From the NCBI RefSeq assembly GCF_006345805.1, contig NC_043010.1:25110001-25174000 (forward strand): 64,000 bases of DNA, read 5' to 3'. Each line of letters begins with the position of its first letter. Position 1 is the stretch's first letter. A program made the translations under genes and the position numbers. Under the pieces are notes generated by a model, which did not search any database, was not told where the DNA came from, and saw nothing but the letters and a program-made list of their open reading frames with translations. Positions 1 to 11,800 of the stretch are shown here, in pieces. This DNA is from Octopus sinensis (taxonomy: Eukaryota).

Positions 1-663
1 AAATGTGGCCCCTGTAGACCCGAATGAAATTGGATTATATTAACCAAAATGTGAAAAGGGGTCTAAATGGGGCTGGAAGGGGATTAAAATTTCAAGGAGC
101 GGGTGTTTAGGAATTCTCTGTTACATCAAGCTAAAAAATTTGCGCCAGCCTTTTAATCGTCAATGTGTTGCCATCCATGATAAAGAAGTTTTGAATGCTT
201 GCCGTGGTGAGTCTACTGTCGTGAGAAAGAATCACTTCAAAACTTGGTGTTTACGAATTTTCTTTTACATCAAGTTCAATATTTTACGCCAGCCGTTAAA
301 CTGTCCGTCGTTAACAAATGCCAGCCATGGTGACTCTACTATCCTCAGATTTTATCCCTTCAAACTTTGGTTTCCAATATTTTATTATTTTTATTCAGCT
401 CGCAAGTTCGTCTGTCCCTTTTAAATGTTAGCGTTTTGCTGTCTGCCTTGAAGCAGACCTTTCCGTTGCCACTGCCTGATATTTATGATTGATCTTTCTA
501 AATATTTTATTTCTCAACTTACTCAAGATCTTCTGTTGTTTATAAATGGGAGAGAGATAGATAAAGATAGAGAGTAAGAGAAAGCGAGGGAGAGTCCGAG
601 AGAAAAGAAAAGTAAGAGAGTGGGGAAAGTGAGAGAGAAAGGAGAGAGAAACAAAGAGGGAGA

Positions 664-970
664 ATCATCATCATCATCGTTTAACGTCCGTTTTCCATGC
701 TAGCACGGGTTGGACAGTTTGACTGGGGTCTGGGAAGCCAGGAGGCTGCACCAGGCTCCAGTCTGATCTGGCAGTGTTTCTACAGGTGGATGACCTTCCT
801 AACGCCAACCACTCTGTGAGTGTAGTGGGTGCTTTTTTCGTGCCGCCGGCACAGGTGCCAGGGGAGCTCACAGCTGTCACGATCGGTTGGTGCTTTTTAC
901 GTGCCACCGGCACAGAAGCCAGTCAAGGCGGCGCTGCAATCGGCCACGTTCGGATGGTGCTTTTTACGTG
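664..970 (-). mobile_element. RTE LINE 3' UTR fragment with (ATG)n tail
   Basis: (ATC)n followed by gtttaacgtccgttttccatgctagc...ccttcctaacgccaaccactc and hairpin subrepeats; same sequence as the 3' ends of the RT-bearing copies at 42.0, 43.9, 52.9 and 56.1 kb. Confidence 0.85.
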
Positions 971-1068
971 CTGAAAGGAAGCAACAGAAAGTAACAACTA
1001 CACTCTTACCCGCGCGTAGAGCGGGTCACCTTCAACTAGTATATATATATATATTCATTTTTTTTTTA

Positions 1069-1329
1069 TGTAGTATGAATGGTGAAAAGAGTACAACAGA
1101 ACAAGGAAGGAATGGAATGCAATTGGGTCTTACCTAGCTGGAGATGAACTTGGATCGCCTTTAGCCAACTCGCTCGTGTCGTGTCTTCGTCGTGTCTGAG
1201 TCAACTGCTCGATGCCGCACGTGCGTTCTGCCTGTCACTTCCGCTTCCGCCGGCACATGCGCCCTGCAAACCCTGCAAGCCCCACTTCCGCTCTCCCCAT
1301 CCGTCACACTCCCTCACCATCACAACACA
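1069..1329 (-). repeat. 3' LTR (261 bp)
   Basis: Matches 5041-5215 apart from an extra 86 bp (1115-1200) and a few substitutions. Confidence 0.92.
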
Positions 1330-1365
1330 CGCCCCCCTGATCTATAGATCACTGAACCGGCTTCC

Positions 1366-2781
1366 TCACTCGCTCCCGCACCTGAAACTGGTTTCATAAT
1401 CAGCCAACCAGGGAGGAGGGTGCCGCTCCCTCTGTGGTCGCAGTGCGACCCTATGACTTGTTTCTGGTGTGTTGCTGCCGACCTCGTCATCCTGTCTGTT
1501 GTTTTCGTCTTGCCCACTGCTGCTTGTCCCATCCTCTGGGGCATGGACAATCCTCCATATGTCCAAAACGTGGCGTGGCATACCATCGACCGAGATGTTA
1601 TTCTTTGAATTTACGGAGGTTATTGTCCCCTTTCCCCATTGCGATGTATACCGTGCGTTTGGGGGTTTTACCCAGACTTCCTCCCCGACCTGCACGAAGG
1701 CGTGCTCTTCCTCTGCCCCGGGTCGCATTGACGTAGTACACGGATGCCTCCACTCGTACCTGAATATTGCCCTGTGTGGCACCGACTCCTCAGCCTGTCC
1801 TGATCTGGGCGATATATTGTACCAAAACACGGCCTCGACTGGTGAAATGTGACCCCTCTCTGCCATGGCCTTGATGGTACGATGATGCCTTTCCACCACC
1901 CCGTTTCCACTTAGCCGGTATGCCGCCCTGAAGAAGCGGTTGACCTTCCACTCATCAAGCATTTCTCTCAGCACATCCGAGCGAAACGCAGTGCCGTTGT
2001 CCAGAAGCAGTTCATCCACGGGGCCTCGTTCCAGGAATATCTCATTCAACACTTTCACAATTTCTTCTGCGGTTCCCGACTTCATCTCCCTCCATATGGC
2101 GAACCGCCCCGGTCCGCAGTCAACCATTGAGAGGTATGTCCCCTGCCGGTAGTGTGTTATGTCCACCACCAGTCGTCTCCAGTCCTGGTCCACTGGAATA
2201 CTTCCCGCGTCATGCATGACCGGAGCAGGGTCGATGGACTGGCACCTGTCACAACTGCTAACCACTCTCCGCACGCTCTGTCTTGTTATGTCGGAGTCGA
2301 CTTTTCTGGCTAGGAACAATGTCCTGTCCACACCCATGTGATGCATGGTGTGCAGTCTCCGCAACTCCGAGTCACTCAGATGGCATACTGCAGCTACATC
2401 CTGCTTCACATCCTCTGGCACCTGCAACCAGGCTCGCTTTACCCTGGTCAGGACGTCTGCCCTGTTCTTCTCGGAAGGCACAAAGATCACGCTCAGCTTC
2501 AGATTGAACTCAGTGGTTAGTTCACGCAGTATTCCTAATCGACGCTTTACCAGCATCTCTGCAGCCCCTTTGGTCCGCACCCTCCGCTCATCGGTGATGA
2601 CTGCTGTCGCCCAACCAAGTACAGTGGCCGAATCAGTCCTGATTTCTATGGTGTGCAACCCCCACTTCAAGGCTAGGTTCACCCCCTTCAGCACGGCATC
2701 CAACTCCGCCACGTTGATATCAGCACGGCATCCAACTCCGCCACGTTGATATGAGCCAGGCCGCATCTTCCACCGTGACAC
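1366..2781 (-). pseudogene. Gypsy pol: RNase H C-half plus integrase
   Basis: HINVAEL RNase H motif; HHCC zinc motif (HTMHHMG...CDRC); VDITH, LLLDNG and NGVVERHH catalytic core; C-terminal RPQRERHPPPWLADY. Confidence 0.9.
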
Positions 2782-3613
2782 CTCCCACTTCCAAGACGAC
2801 CCCTATTGCGATGCTACTGGCGTCACACCATACGATCCTGCTCTTTGATTTGGGAACATACCAGCTGCCCCTCACTGGGTCTTCTGCTCCTACTCTGACT
2901 AAGACTTCCTGCATCATGTCGATTGTCCTCTCCCCCACTTTATCATTCCACTTCACTCCTTCGGCTCGTCTCTTGATGAAGCTACATGCTGTCCGGAGCC
3001 AGCCTGCAATCGGGTAGTGTCCCACCAGCTTCCCACACACAGAGAACAGTTCCCGTCTACTCATGCTGGCGCCCAGTTCAGGGACCTCATTCCCTCGCCG
3101 GAACACCAAGGCGCTGGCCTTGTCTCTCCATAGCTTGTGGCCCAGTGCAGCACCTCCCTCCATAGCCTCTGGCGGCTTGGCGATCAGTCCAAAACTCTTC
3201 AGGTGGCCTATGACCTCCATTGCTGGTATCACGGTTTCATCCACCAGAATGTTGTCGATGTATGAATTGGTGGCCCTTTTTACTCTGTCCACCTTCCCCA
3301 AGATGGCCTTGAGAATTGTTGCCATAATCTTCGGCGCTGAATTCAGCCTGAATCCCAACCTGGTCAGACAGTACGTCCGGCCCCTATACCTGACGAGCTG
3401 GTACTTCCATAGTTTCTCAGCCACATGCACCTGAAGGTATGCCGGCTTTAAATCGACAATCGTGGAGGCCCCCGTCGTCTGCCTCCACTCTCGCAAGGTG
3501 TCTCCGCAGACATCCGTGGCCTCGCTGCCTGTATGACACGACACGTGGTCATTCAGCTCTCGGAAGTCGAGCACTGGCCTGACCTTACGCTTTGTGGGCT
3601 GTATCACCGCCAT
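2720..3613 (-). pseudogene. Gypsy pol: reverse transcriptase and start of RNase H
   Basis: RPVLDFRELN, DLKPAYLQ, TRLGFRLNSAP, catalytic YIDD degraded to YIDN (3251-3262), WCDASS. Confidence 0.9.
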
Positions 3614-3634
3614 CAGTGGCAGGACTCCGCTCTC

Positions 3635-4336
3635 TTATTTTTCCCAGGGGATCAGTATGCCCTCCTTAATCCACCGCTCCACCTCCCCCTCGAACTCACT
3701 TCTGGCATCTCCTTTTAGAGTATGCTGATAGCAGCCCACTTTATTCTTTAACATCGGGGGCTCTCCCTTCCAGTGCCACTCCACTGTCCACCTCTCGCCA
3801 TCAAAGACAGCCCGAAAATCCTGGTCTTCAATGGTGTGCGCTGCATCCTTTTCCTCACGGTTGTCGTCGGTGCGCGGTCTCACCCTACACAGTTTCCCCG
3901 CTAACCCAAACGTTACGCCAGCCTCGTTGACGGTGACACCTCCCAAGCGGGTGATTGCATCCATCCCCATCACCACGTCGATCTCGTCCACCAAGTGACC
4001 AACCACAATTGCTCGCAACATCAGCTGTAGTCCCTGCACCACAATCTGCGCATCCGTAACCCCTTCGCAGTGAACTTCTCTTCCGTCAACTGCCCTAACA
4101 CTGCTTCCTCCACTCCACGTCTCTGCCACTTCTGTGGTCATCAGGGTCGTCGTACAGCCCGTGTCCACCAGGGCTCGCGACATCTTCCCCTTCACCAGAA
4201 CGTCGACCACAGGTAATGATGATAAACGCGCCGCTACTAATCCAAAGGGACAACTACCGGCGCAGTAGTCTCCCGCGGTCCGTTTCCCCGCAGACACTCG
4301 CTGGCTACATGCCCTGGCTCTCGACACCAGTAGCAA
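3635..4336 (-). pseudogene. Gypsy aspartic protease region
   Basis: ALVDTGCTTT active-site motif and VVMGMD flap-distal motif. Confidence 0.85.
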
Positions 4337-5068
4337 ATCACTTCAGGCTTGGGCGACGCGCAGTCACGGACCATGTGTGGGCCTTGGCACCGGAAACACT
4401 GTCCTTTGAACGATCGCACGCGTTCTTTCCTCAGCCCCTCTCCGCTGCTCCTAGCTGGACCACTGTTCGACGTTACAGTCGCTGCTACTGACGTCAACCT
4501 GCTGCACGAAACCAGTACACGTGCCCGCGATATGATATCGGCCATCGGCATTGAACGCACGTTCGGGAGCTTCTGTAGCTCAACCGACATGATGTCGGGA
4601 AAGCCGGTCACGAACGCTAACCGTCCATTCTAGCGACTCTCCCTCATATCCCGCCAGTTTAGCCAACCTTCTAAGCTCACCGGCGAACACGTCCACCTGT
4701 TGCCCAGTCCATCTCATTCTACCCAGCCGAGCGTACGCTTCAAACATTCCTTCCGCGAAGGCCTCCATAAGTCGGATTTCCACTTTATCTGCGCTGAGTT
4801 GGTCCGTCTCCTCCATCTCTAAATATAACACCAACGCCGGGCCATCCAAATACAACGGCATAAAACTCGCCAGGTCAGCTATACCATGGAGCTTCGCCAC
4901 CAACTTCACCCTCTTCAACCAAGCGACCACATCGGTGTCGCCGCAAAACGGTGTTATAGGCTCGCGTGAAACCATAGCACTCTGCATAATTTTTCTATTT
5001 TTATTTTTACGAAACCGAGTGATTATTTGCCGAAATAGCTTGTAGTATGAATGGTGAAAAGAGTACAA
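4237..5068 (-). pseudogene. Gypsy gag, split over two frames
   Basis: Zinc knuckles CFRCQGPHMVRDC and CYWCREPGHVASEC; capsid-like N-terminus (WLKRVKLVA...LYL). Confidence 0.85.
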
Positions 5069-5215
5069 CAGAACAAGGAAAGAATGTCAACTGATCGATG
5101 CCGCACGTGCGTTCTGCCTGTCACTTCCGCTTCCGCCGGCACATGCGCCCTGCAAACCCTGCAAGCCCCACTTCCGCTCTCCCCATCCATCACACTCCCT
5201 CACCATCACACCACA
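5041..5215 (-). repeat. 5' LTR (175 bp, internally deleted)
   Basis: Homologous to 1069-1329 with an 86-bp deletion. Confidence 0.92.
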
Positions 5216-5268
5216 TTTTACTTACACACTTTCTGTTTGTTTATTTCCTTTTCTCCAAATGGTTTCAG

Positions 5269-5352
5269 ATTGCAAATGTAAAAAGGATTTACGCTTGCCT
5301 TCAGTATCCAACGTCGAAGAAATTTCATTCAGCGACCATGATATCTTAATAA
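5269..5352 (+). CDS. Weak candidate internal exon (84 bp, phase 1-1), unknown protein
   Basis: Long pyrimidine tract plus tttcag acceptor, GTGAAT donor, open frame (D)CKCKKDLRLPSVSNVEEISFSDHDILI; no homology recognised. Confidence 0.2.
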
Positions 5353-5602
5353 GTGAATTGTATTTTAGTTTGATGTATTTCCTAGTAATATATTGAATAA
5401 CTCTGGATATGCAGCGGCTTTTTGTTGGGTTCTTCAGTTATTTCGAACGGTTTCAACGCTTAATTAAATATTTCACGTGGAAGAGATACGGTAAACTTTT
5501 ACCGGATATACTTCAGAGAGTGTCTACAAATACGATAACTTTCTGATGTATTTTATTCCAGTATATTTTCCAGTAATATATTCAATTACACTTCTGGTAT
5601 AA

Positions 5603-5606
<4 letters not shown>

Positions 5607-5660
<54 letters not shown>
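5607..5660. repeat. (TA)n microsatellite
   Basis: Direct reading. Confidence 0.95.
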
Positions 5661-5662
<2 letters not shown>

Positions 5663-7287
5663 TACAAAATTAGAAAATGGAGAAACATACTTAAATCAAT
5701 CAAACATCAACCAACAGATGATACCCAATCAATACTTTATTACACCATTACATAACAGTAAAGGCATTATACAAAATATACTGTAAATATAATTAGACAA
5801 GGAAATAGAAATATAAAATATAATATGTAATTATATCATATCTGACAGCTGTTTCGGCAGTAATGGCAATCATGCCTAATTTAACCTATAAGGCAGGTAT
5901 AAATGAGACATTAACAAGGATGCCCCACGGCCTCTTCAGAGAATTTAATAAATTATAATTGTGAAAAAATGTTTTTTCCATATACATATCAATATAAAAA
6001 TGTAAAATATAAAAACGTGTGCATAGACACCATAATACTACATATATATATATATATTCATTAATACAATAATACAAGATACACAAAACAAAATAAAACA
6101 AAATATATATCAATATATATTTACCACACTCACATTTAAATTAAAATCTGACTTATACATGAAAAGTAATAAAAAACCACATTTCAGTTCATAAAATTAT
6201 AAACCTGTAAAAGTCAATAATAATTACTATTAATATTAATAATAATAATAATAATAGATACAGTTATGTCTGCACCAAGTACATCCATCGGATATCTACA
6301 TATCCAAGTGTCTGGTTATTCTGTCCGCTTTATATTGATTATTCTAGATTAATTCGATTGGCTTATACTTTAAAATTTGAATCACAAAAGAATTTTTACG
6401 GTTAGTTAGTCAAGAAACGCACACGCACATCCACAGATCAATCGCACATACATACATAATTATATGTATACACACATAGACTCATACACATACATATCCA
6501 CAAATCAAGTCCAACACATAAATAAATAAATAAATAATAAAAGAGGTATAATCTTAACATAAATAAAGTGAAGATATATATTAAAGAAAGTACTAATATA
6601 AACTTAGTATACAGGCTAATATTATGTAAATTTATACCTGTAGATAATGAGTAAAAAAAAGAATAGATGAATAACATAATGAACAAATCCAGAAGACTAC
6701 AAATACAGACTAAATATATAAGGCTGCTAATATTTATATAGCTAAATGTGAGTAAAAGAAAAGGTAGATTAAGGTGAGTACAAAGATACACCAAATTTAC
6801 AATATATAAGCCTGCCAAATAAACACATACAAAAACCCAAGTTCTCAACCTATACAAACAAACTCCCAAAAAGACTCTCATATATTACATAATAGTATTA
6901 CATTATCAGGAGCTAGGTATCTAACTATGATGTTCATGCACACTCTGTAATATTAGAAAACTTCAAGAATCACATATTACAAAGCAAATACCAAAATGAA
7001 TATATTATTTCATGCCATAGTGTATTACCCTTAAAAAAAAAAAAAAACAAGACAAAAAACCCATATACAAACAGCAATTAATACTGGACATATATATTTT
7101 TATACATGTGTAGCTACAAAATTATATAAAAAAGTTGATAAGTTGCATGTTATTAGAATTGTAGAAGACCACTAGTATAGTTAGATACAGAAGGGAGTTA
7201 AAATATTACTAGTAGATATGCTAAGCTCTATTTGAATCTAGGAAAAGTGTACGGTAGTCTATGAATGCAAAAAAATTTTTTTTCCAT

Positions 7288-7690
7288 TTATGTTGTTAAT
7301 AATATGCCTACCCGCTTTGATAATGAAAAAAATTTCATTAATACATAGCATTTTTTATTTTTTCCAATATACACAGGTGCCGAAGTTAGTATTTTCCAAT
7401 TTAATCTAAAATCCAAGTTCTTACTTTTGAGTTCCCAAATGTATGCACTTAACCCTGTAGAGTACATCCTATTTTTATTTCTAAAAGTATATCTGTGATA
7501 ATTAAGTCTCTGTTTCATGCTATTCATAGTTGCTCCAATATACACCCTACTACTAAATTGTGTATCCACAGTGCATTGGTAAACTACCTCTTTCCTGAGG
7601 CATTGATTACCAAACACACATTTATTTCTGTTTCTGAAATTACAGTTATTAACAGATTGGGGTATTGGGGTAATCTAAGATTGGTCCCCA
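7288..7690 (-). pseudogene. Penelope-like element GIY-YIG endonuclease fragment
   Basis: NCNFRNRNKCVFGNQCLRKEVVYQCTV...VYIGAT...KQRLNYH...TGLSAYIWELK, the Cys-rich linker plus GIY-YIG pattern of PLEs. Confidence 0.85.
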
Positions 7691-8200
7691 ATCCTGTAAC
7701 ACCATAATATACATATATATATACATAGTCAACGTGCAAGAAGCAATTATACTCCCGCACACACACACACACACAAAACACCACCCTGTGTACTCTGTAT
7801 AAACTAGTAAGAAACAATTCAGAACTTTTTTATTACACTTAACTTTTAAAATTATTTTTGATAAGGTTCGTTTTTTCAAGAAGAACGGAAACATGTAAAA
7901 TCTCTGCATCGACCCTCACGCCAGCTACCCTGTTGCCAACTGAACTCCTCTCGCAAACTGACCTGTTGCCAAAATGATCAACAAACTCCCAGCTCCCACA
8001 TTTTAAAGGGTAGCATTTTTATTTTTTCCTTAAACTTTGCTTGACCGGAAAAGGGTCAGCGGTCTCTTCCAAACTCATTAATTTCCCTACAAAAATGACA
8101 GGACAAAGGCCAATAACCTGTCTCCCTAGTCAAGCTGGCACCAAACCACAAAACTGGGTCATAGCACTCTTTCTCCGAATGACCCCGACTCAATATATAT

Positions 8201-8415
8201 ACACAGGGTGTCCCAGAAGTCGCGTACCACCCTGGTTTTTTTAAAAAGATACACTCTTACTGATTTCAAAACACGTTATTGAAATTAATCATAACAAATA
8301 CTCAAATTGAGCACCCTCTACAATAAAACCTGCAGAAAAAATATAATAAAATAAAATGCTTTAGTTATTTTTAATGGAAACCAGAATGGTGCGCGACTTC
8401 TGGGACACCTTGTGT
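8201..8415. mobile_element. Tc1/mariner-type MITE
   Basis: 29-bp TIRs acacagggtgtcccagaagtcgcgtacca (8201-8228 region) and 8387-8415 with 2 mismatches; sits in TA-rich repeats. Confidence 0.75.
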
Positions 8416-8537
8416 GCGCGTATATATATATATACACGCGCACACACACATATATATATATATATAGCATATATATGTATATATATATATATTTATATAT
8501 ATATGTGTGTGTGTATGTATATATATATATATGTATG

Positions 8538-8572
<35 letters not shown>

Positions 8573-8819
8573 GCTCAAAATAAGCAACAAGAATATCTTC
8601 GGTAATTTGGCACAATCGTTTCATGCTACATCATTTTATTAAACATTGTAAGTATTACAACAGTTTTAAAATGTTGAGCAATCATCAGCCATTAATAGAG
8701 GTTTTCCATCAATACATATACTTATTTTCATGTTAAATGATAACATTATAAAGAGGGTATACCCCCATAGATTTATTTGGATAACACCGTACAAAATTCT
8801 GGTGCATCTAATTTAAGTA

Positions 8820-11800
8820 CCACATTCATTTGAATCTAAATTTTGAAAATTTTGATTCCTGCAGAAAACAAATTGTCAAAATATTAGAAATAAGCATAAG
8901 AAAGTAAACAAAACTCAATTTTTTTAGTACTTCTTTGCAATATTTTGACACATTTTGAATCCTGATAATCTTTTTATCAACCAGTGAACTGATATTTACC
9001 CAAGACAAAAGTTCTCAGAAATAAATAATGCCAAAATATTGGAAATAAGCATAAGAAAGTGAACAAAACTTGAAACCTAAATTGTTTTTTAGTACTTACT
9101 TGCAATGTTTTGCATTTAAGCATAACAAAGTTTATTTTGACGTATCCTGAAAACTTGACATTTTTGTGAATCAATCAGTTAACATGAATATGTTAACTGA
9201 TTGATAGTCACGATATTTTGATCTCTTTGATAAATATAATCTTATTACGAATCGATTAACTTATATTTACCCAAGAGATCACGCGTCACAAAATGTTTCA
9301 GAAAAATTGCAAACTTTCCACATTTTCGTGAATCAATCAGATAAAATATTTACCCAATAGTCACAAAAGTTTTCAAACAAAGAAAAAATGTCAAAATATT
9401 GCAAATAAGCATATAAAAGGAAACAAAATTGCAACTTAAATGTTGTATTTATTTGTTGTACTTATTTGCAAATTTTGATTCCTGCAGAAAACAAATTGTC
9501 AAAATATTAGAAATAAGTAAACAACTTGTAACACAATTTTTTTAGTACTTCTTTGCAATATGTTGACACTTTCAAAGTTTTCAAAAAACATGTGTCAATA
9601 TATTGAAAATAAGCTTATAAAATTGCAACTTAAAAGTTGTATTTAGTACTTATTTGCAATATTTTGACACATAAGAAAGTAAACAAAACTTATAACACAA
9701 TTTTTTTAGTACTTCTTTGCAATATTTTGACACTTTTTTTTTTATCTTTATGATAAATATAATCAATCAAATTTCAAAAGTCTTCAAAAAACAAGATGTG
9801 TCAATATATTGAAAATAAGCATATAAAAGGGAATAAAATTGCACCTTATTTGGTACTTATTTGCAACATATTTAGTACTTACTTGCAATATTTGTATTTA
9901 GTACTTATTTGCAAATTTTGATTCCTGCAGAAAACAAATTGTCAAAATATTAGAAATAAGTAAACAAAACTTGTAACACAATGTTTTTAGTACTTCTTTG
10001 CAATATTTTGACACTTTCAAAGTTTTCAAAAAACAAGATGTGTCAATATATTGAAAATAAGCTTATAAAATTGCAACTTAAAAGTTGTATTTAGTACTTA
10101 TTTGCAATATTTTGACACATAAGAAAGTAAACAAAACTTATAACACAATTTTTTTAGTACTTCTTTGCAATATTTTGACACTTTTTCTTTTATATCTATG
10201 ATAAATATAATCAATCAAATTTCAAAAGTTTTCAAAAAACAAGATGTGTCAATATATTGAAAATAAGCATATAAAAGGGAATAAAATTGCACCTTATTTA
10301 GTACTTATTTTCAACATATTTAGTACTTACTTGCAATATTTGTCACGTTTTGAATCCTGATAATCTTTTTATCAACCAGTGAACTGATATTTACCCAAGA
10401 GATCACTTGTCACAAAATTCTCAGAAATAAATAATGCCAAAATATTGGAAATAAGCATAAGAAAGTGAACAGAACTTGTAACTTAAATTGTTTTTTAGTA
10501 CTTACTTGCAATGTTTGTGAATCAATCAGTTAACATAAATATGTAAACTGATTGATAGTCACAATAGACACGATATTTTGATCTTTTTGATAAATATAAT
10601 CTTATTATAAATCGATTAACTTATATTTACCCAAGAGATCACGCATCACAAAATTTTTCAGAAAAATTGCAAACTTTTCACATTTTCGTGAATCAATCAG
10701 ATAAAATATTTACCCAATAGTCACAAAAGTTTTCAAACAAAGAAAAAATGTCAAAATATTGCAAATAAGCATATAAAAGGAAACAAAATTGCAACTTAAA
10801 TGTTGTATTTAGTACTTATTTGCAAATTTTGATTCCTGCAGAAAACAAATTGTCAAAATATTAGAAATAAGCATAAGAAAGTAAACAAAACTTATAACTC
10901 AATTTTTTTAGTTTGCAATATTTTGATACTTTTTTTTTTATCTTCATGATAAATATAATCAATCAAATTTCAAAAGTCTTCAAAAAACAAAATGTGTCAA
11001 TATATTGAAAATAAGCATATAAAAGGGAATAAAATTGCACCTTATTTAGTACTTATTTGCAACATATTTATACTTACTTGCAATATTTGTCACGTTTTGA
11101 ATCCTTATAACAAAAAACTTATAACACAATTTTTTTAGTACTTCTTTGCAATATTTTGACACTTTTTTTTTTTATCTTTATGATAAATATAATCAATGAA
11201 ATTTCAAAAGTCTTCAAAAAACAAGATGTGTCAATATATTGAAAATAAGCATATAAAAGGGAATAAAATTGCACCTTATTTAGTACTTATTTTCAACATA
11301 TTTAGTACTTACTTGCAATATTTGTCACGTTTTGAATCCAGTGAACTGATATTTACCCAAGAGATCACTTGTCACAAAATTCTCAGAAATAAATAATGCC
11401 AAAATATTGGAAATAAGCATAAGAAAGTGAACAGAACTTGTAACTTAAATTGTTTTTTAGTACTTACTTGCAATGTTTGTGAATCAATCAGTTAACATAA
11501 ATATGTAAACTGATTGATAGTCACAATAGACACGATATTTTGATCTTTTTGATAAATATAATCTTATTATAAATCGATTAACTTATATTTACCCAAGAGA
11601 TCACGCATCACAAAATTTTTCAGAAAAATTGCAAACTTTTCACATTTTCGTGAATCAATCAGATAAAATATTTACCCAATAGTCACAAAAGTTTTCAAAC
11701 AAAGAAAAAATGTCAAAATATTGCAAATAAGCATATAAAAGGAAACAAAATTGCAACTTAAATGTTGTATTTAGTACTTATTTGCAAATTTTGATTCCTG

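Larger units (their letters stand above)
1069..5215 (-). mobile_element. Full-length decayed Ty3/Gypsy LTR retrotransposon
   Basis: Two homologous LTRs (1069-1329, 5041-5215) with TG...CA ends; TTTTA TSD at 1064-1068 and 5216-5220; PPT aggggggcg abutting the 3' LTR; gag-PR-RT-RH-IN order. Confidence 0.95.

Noticed and set aside
1420-4633. Many + strand ORFs overlapping the Gypsy, and antisense ORFs over the LINEs
   Set aside because: Shadow ORFs of GC-richer TE coding sequence
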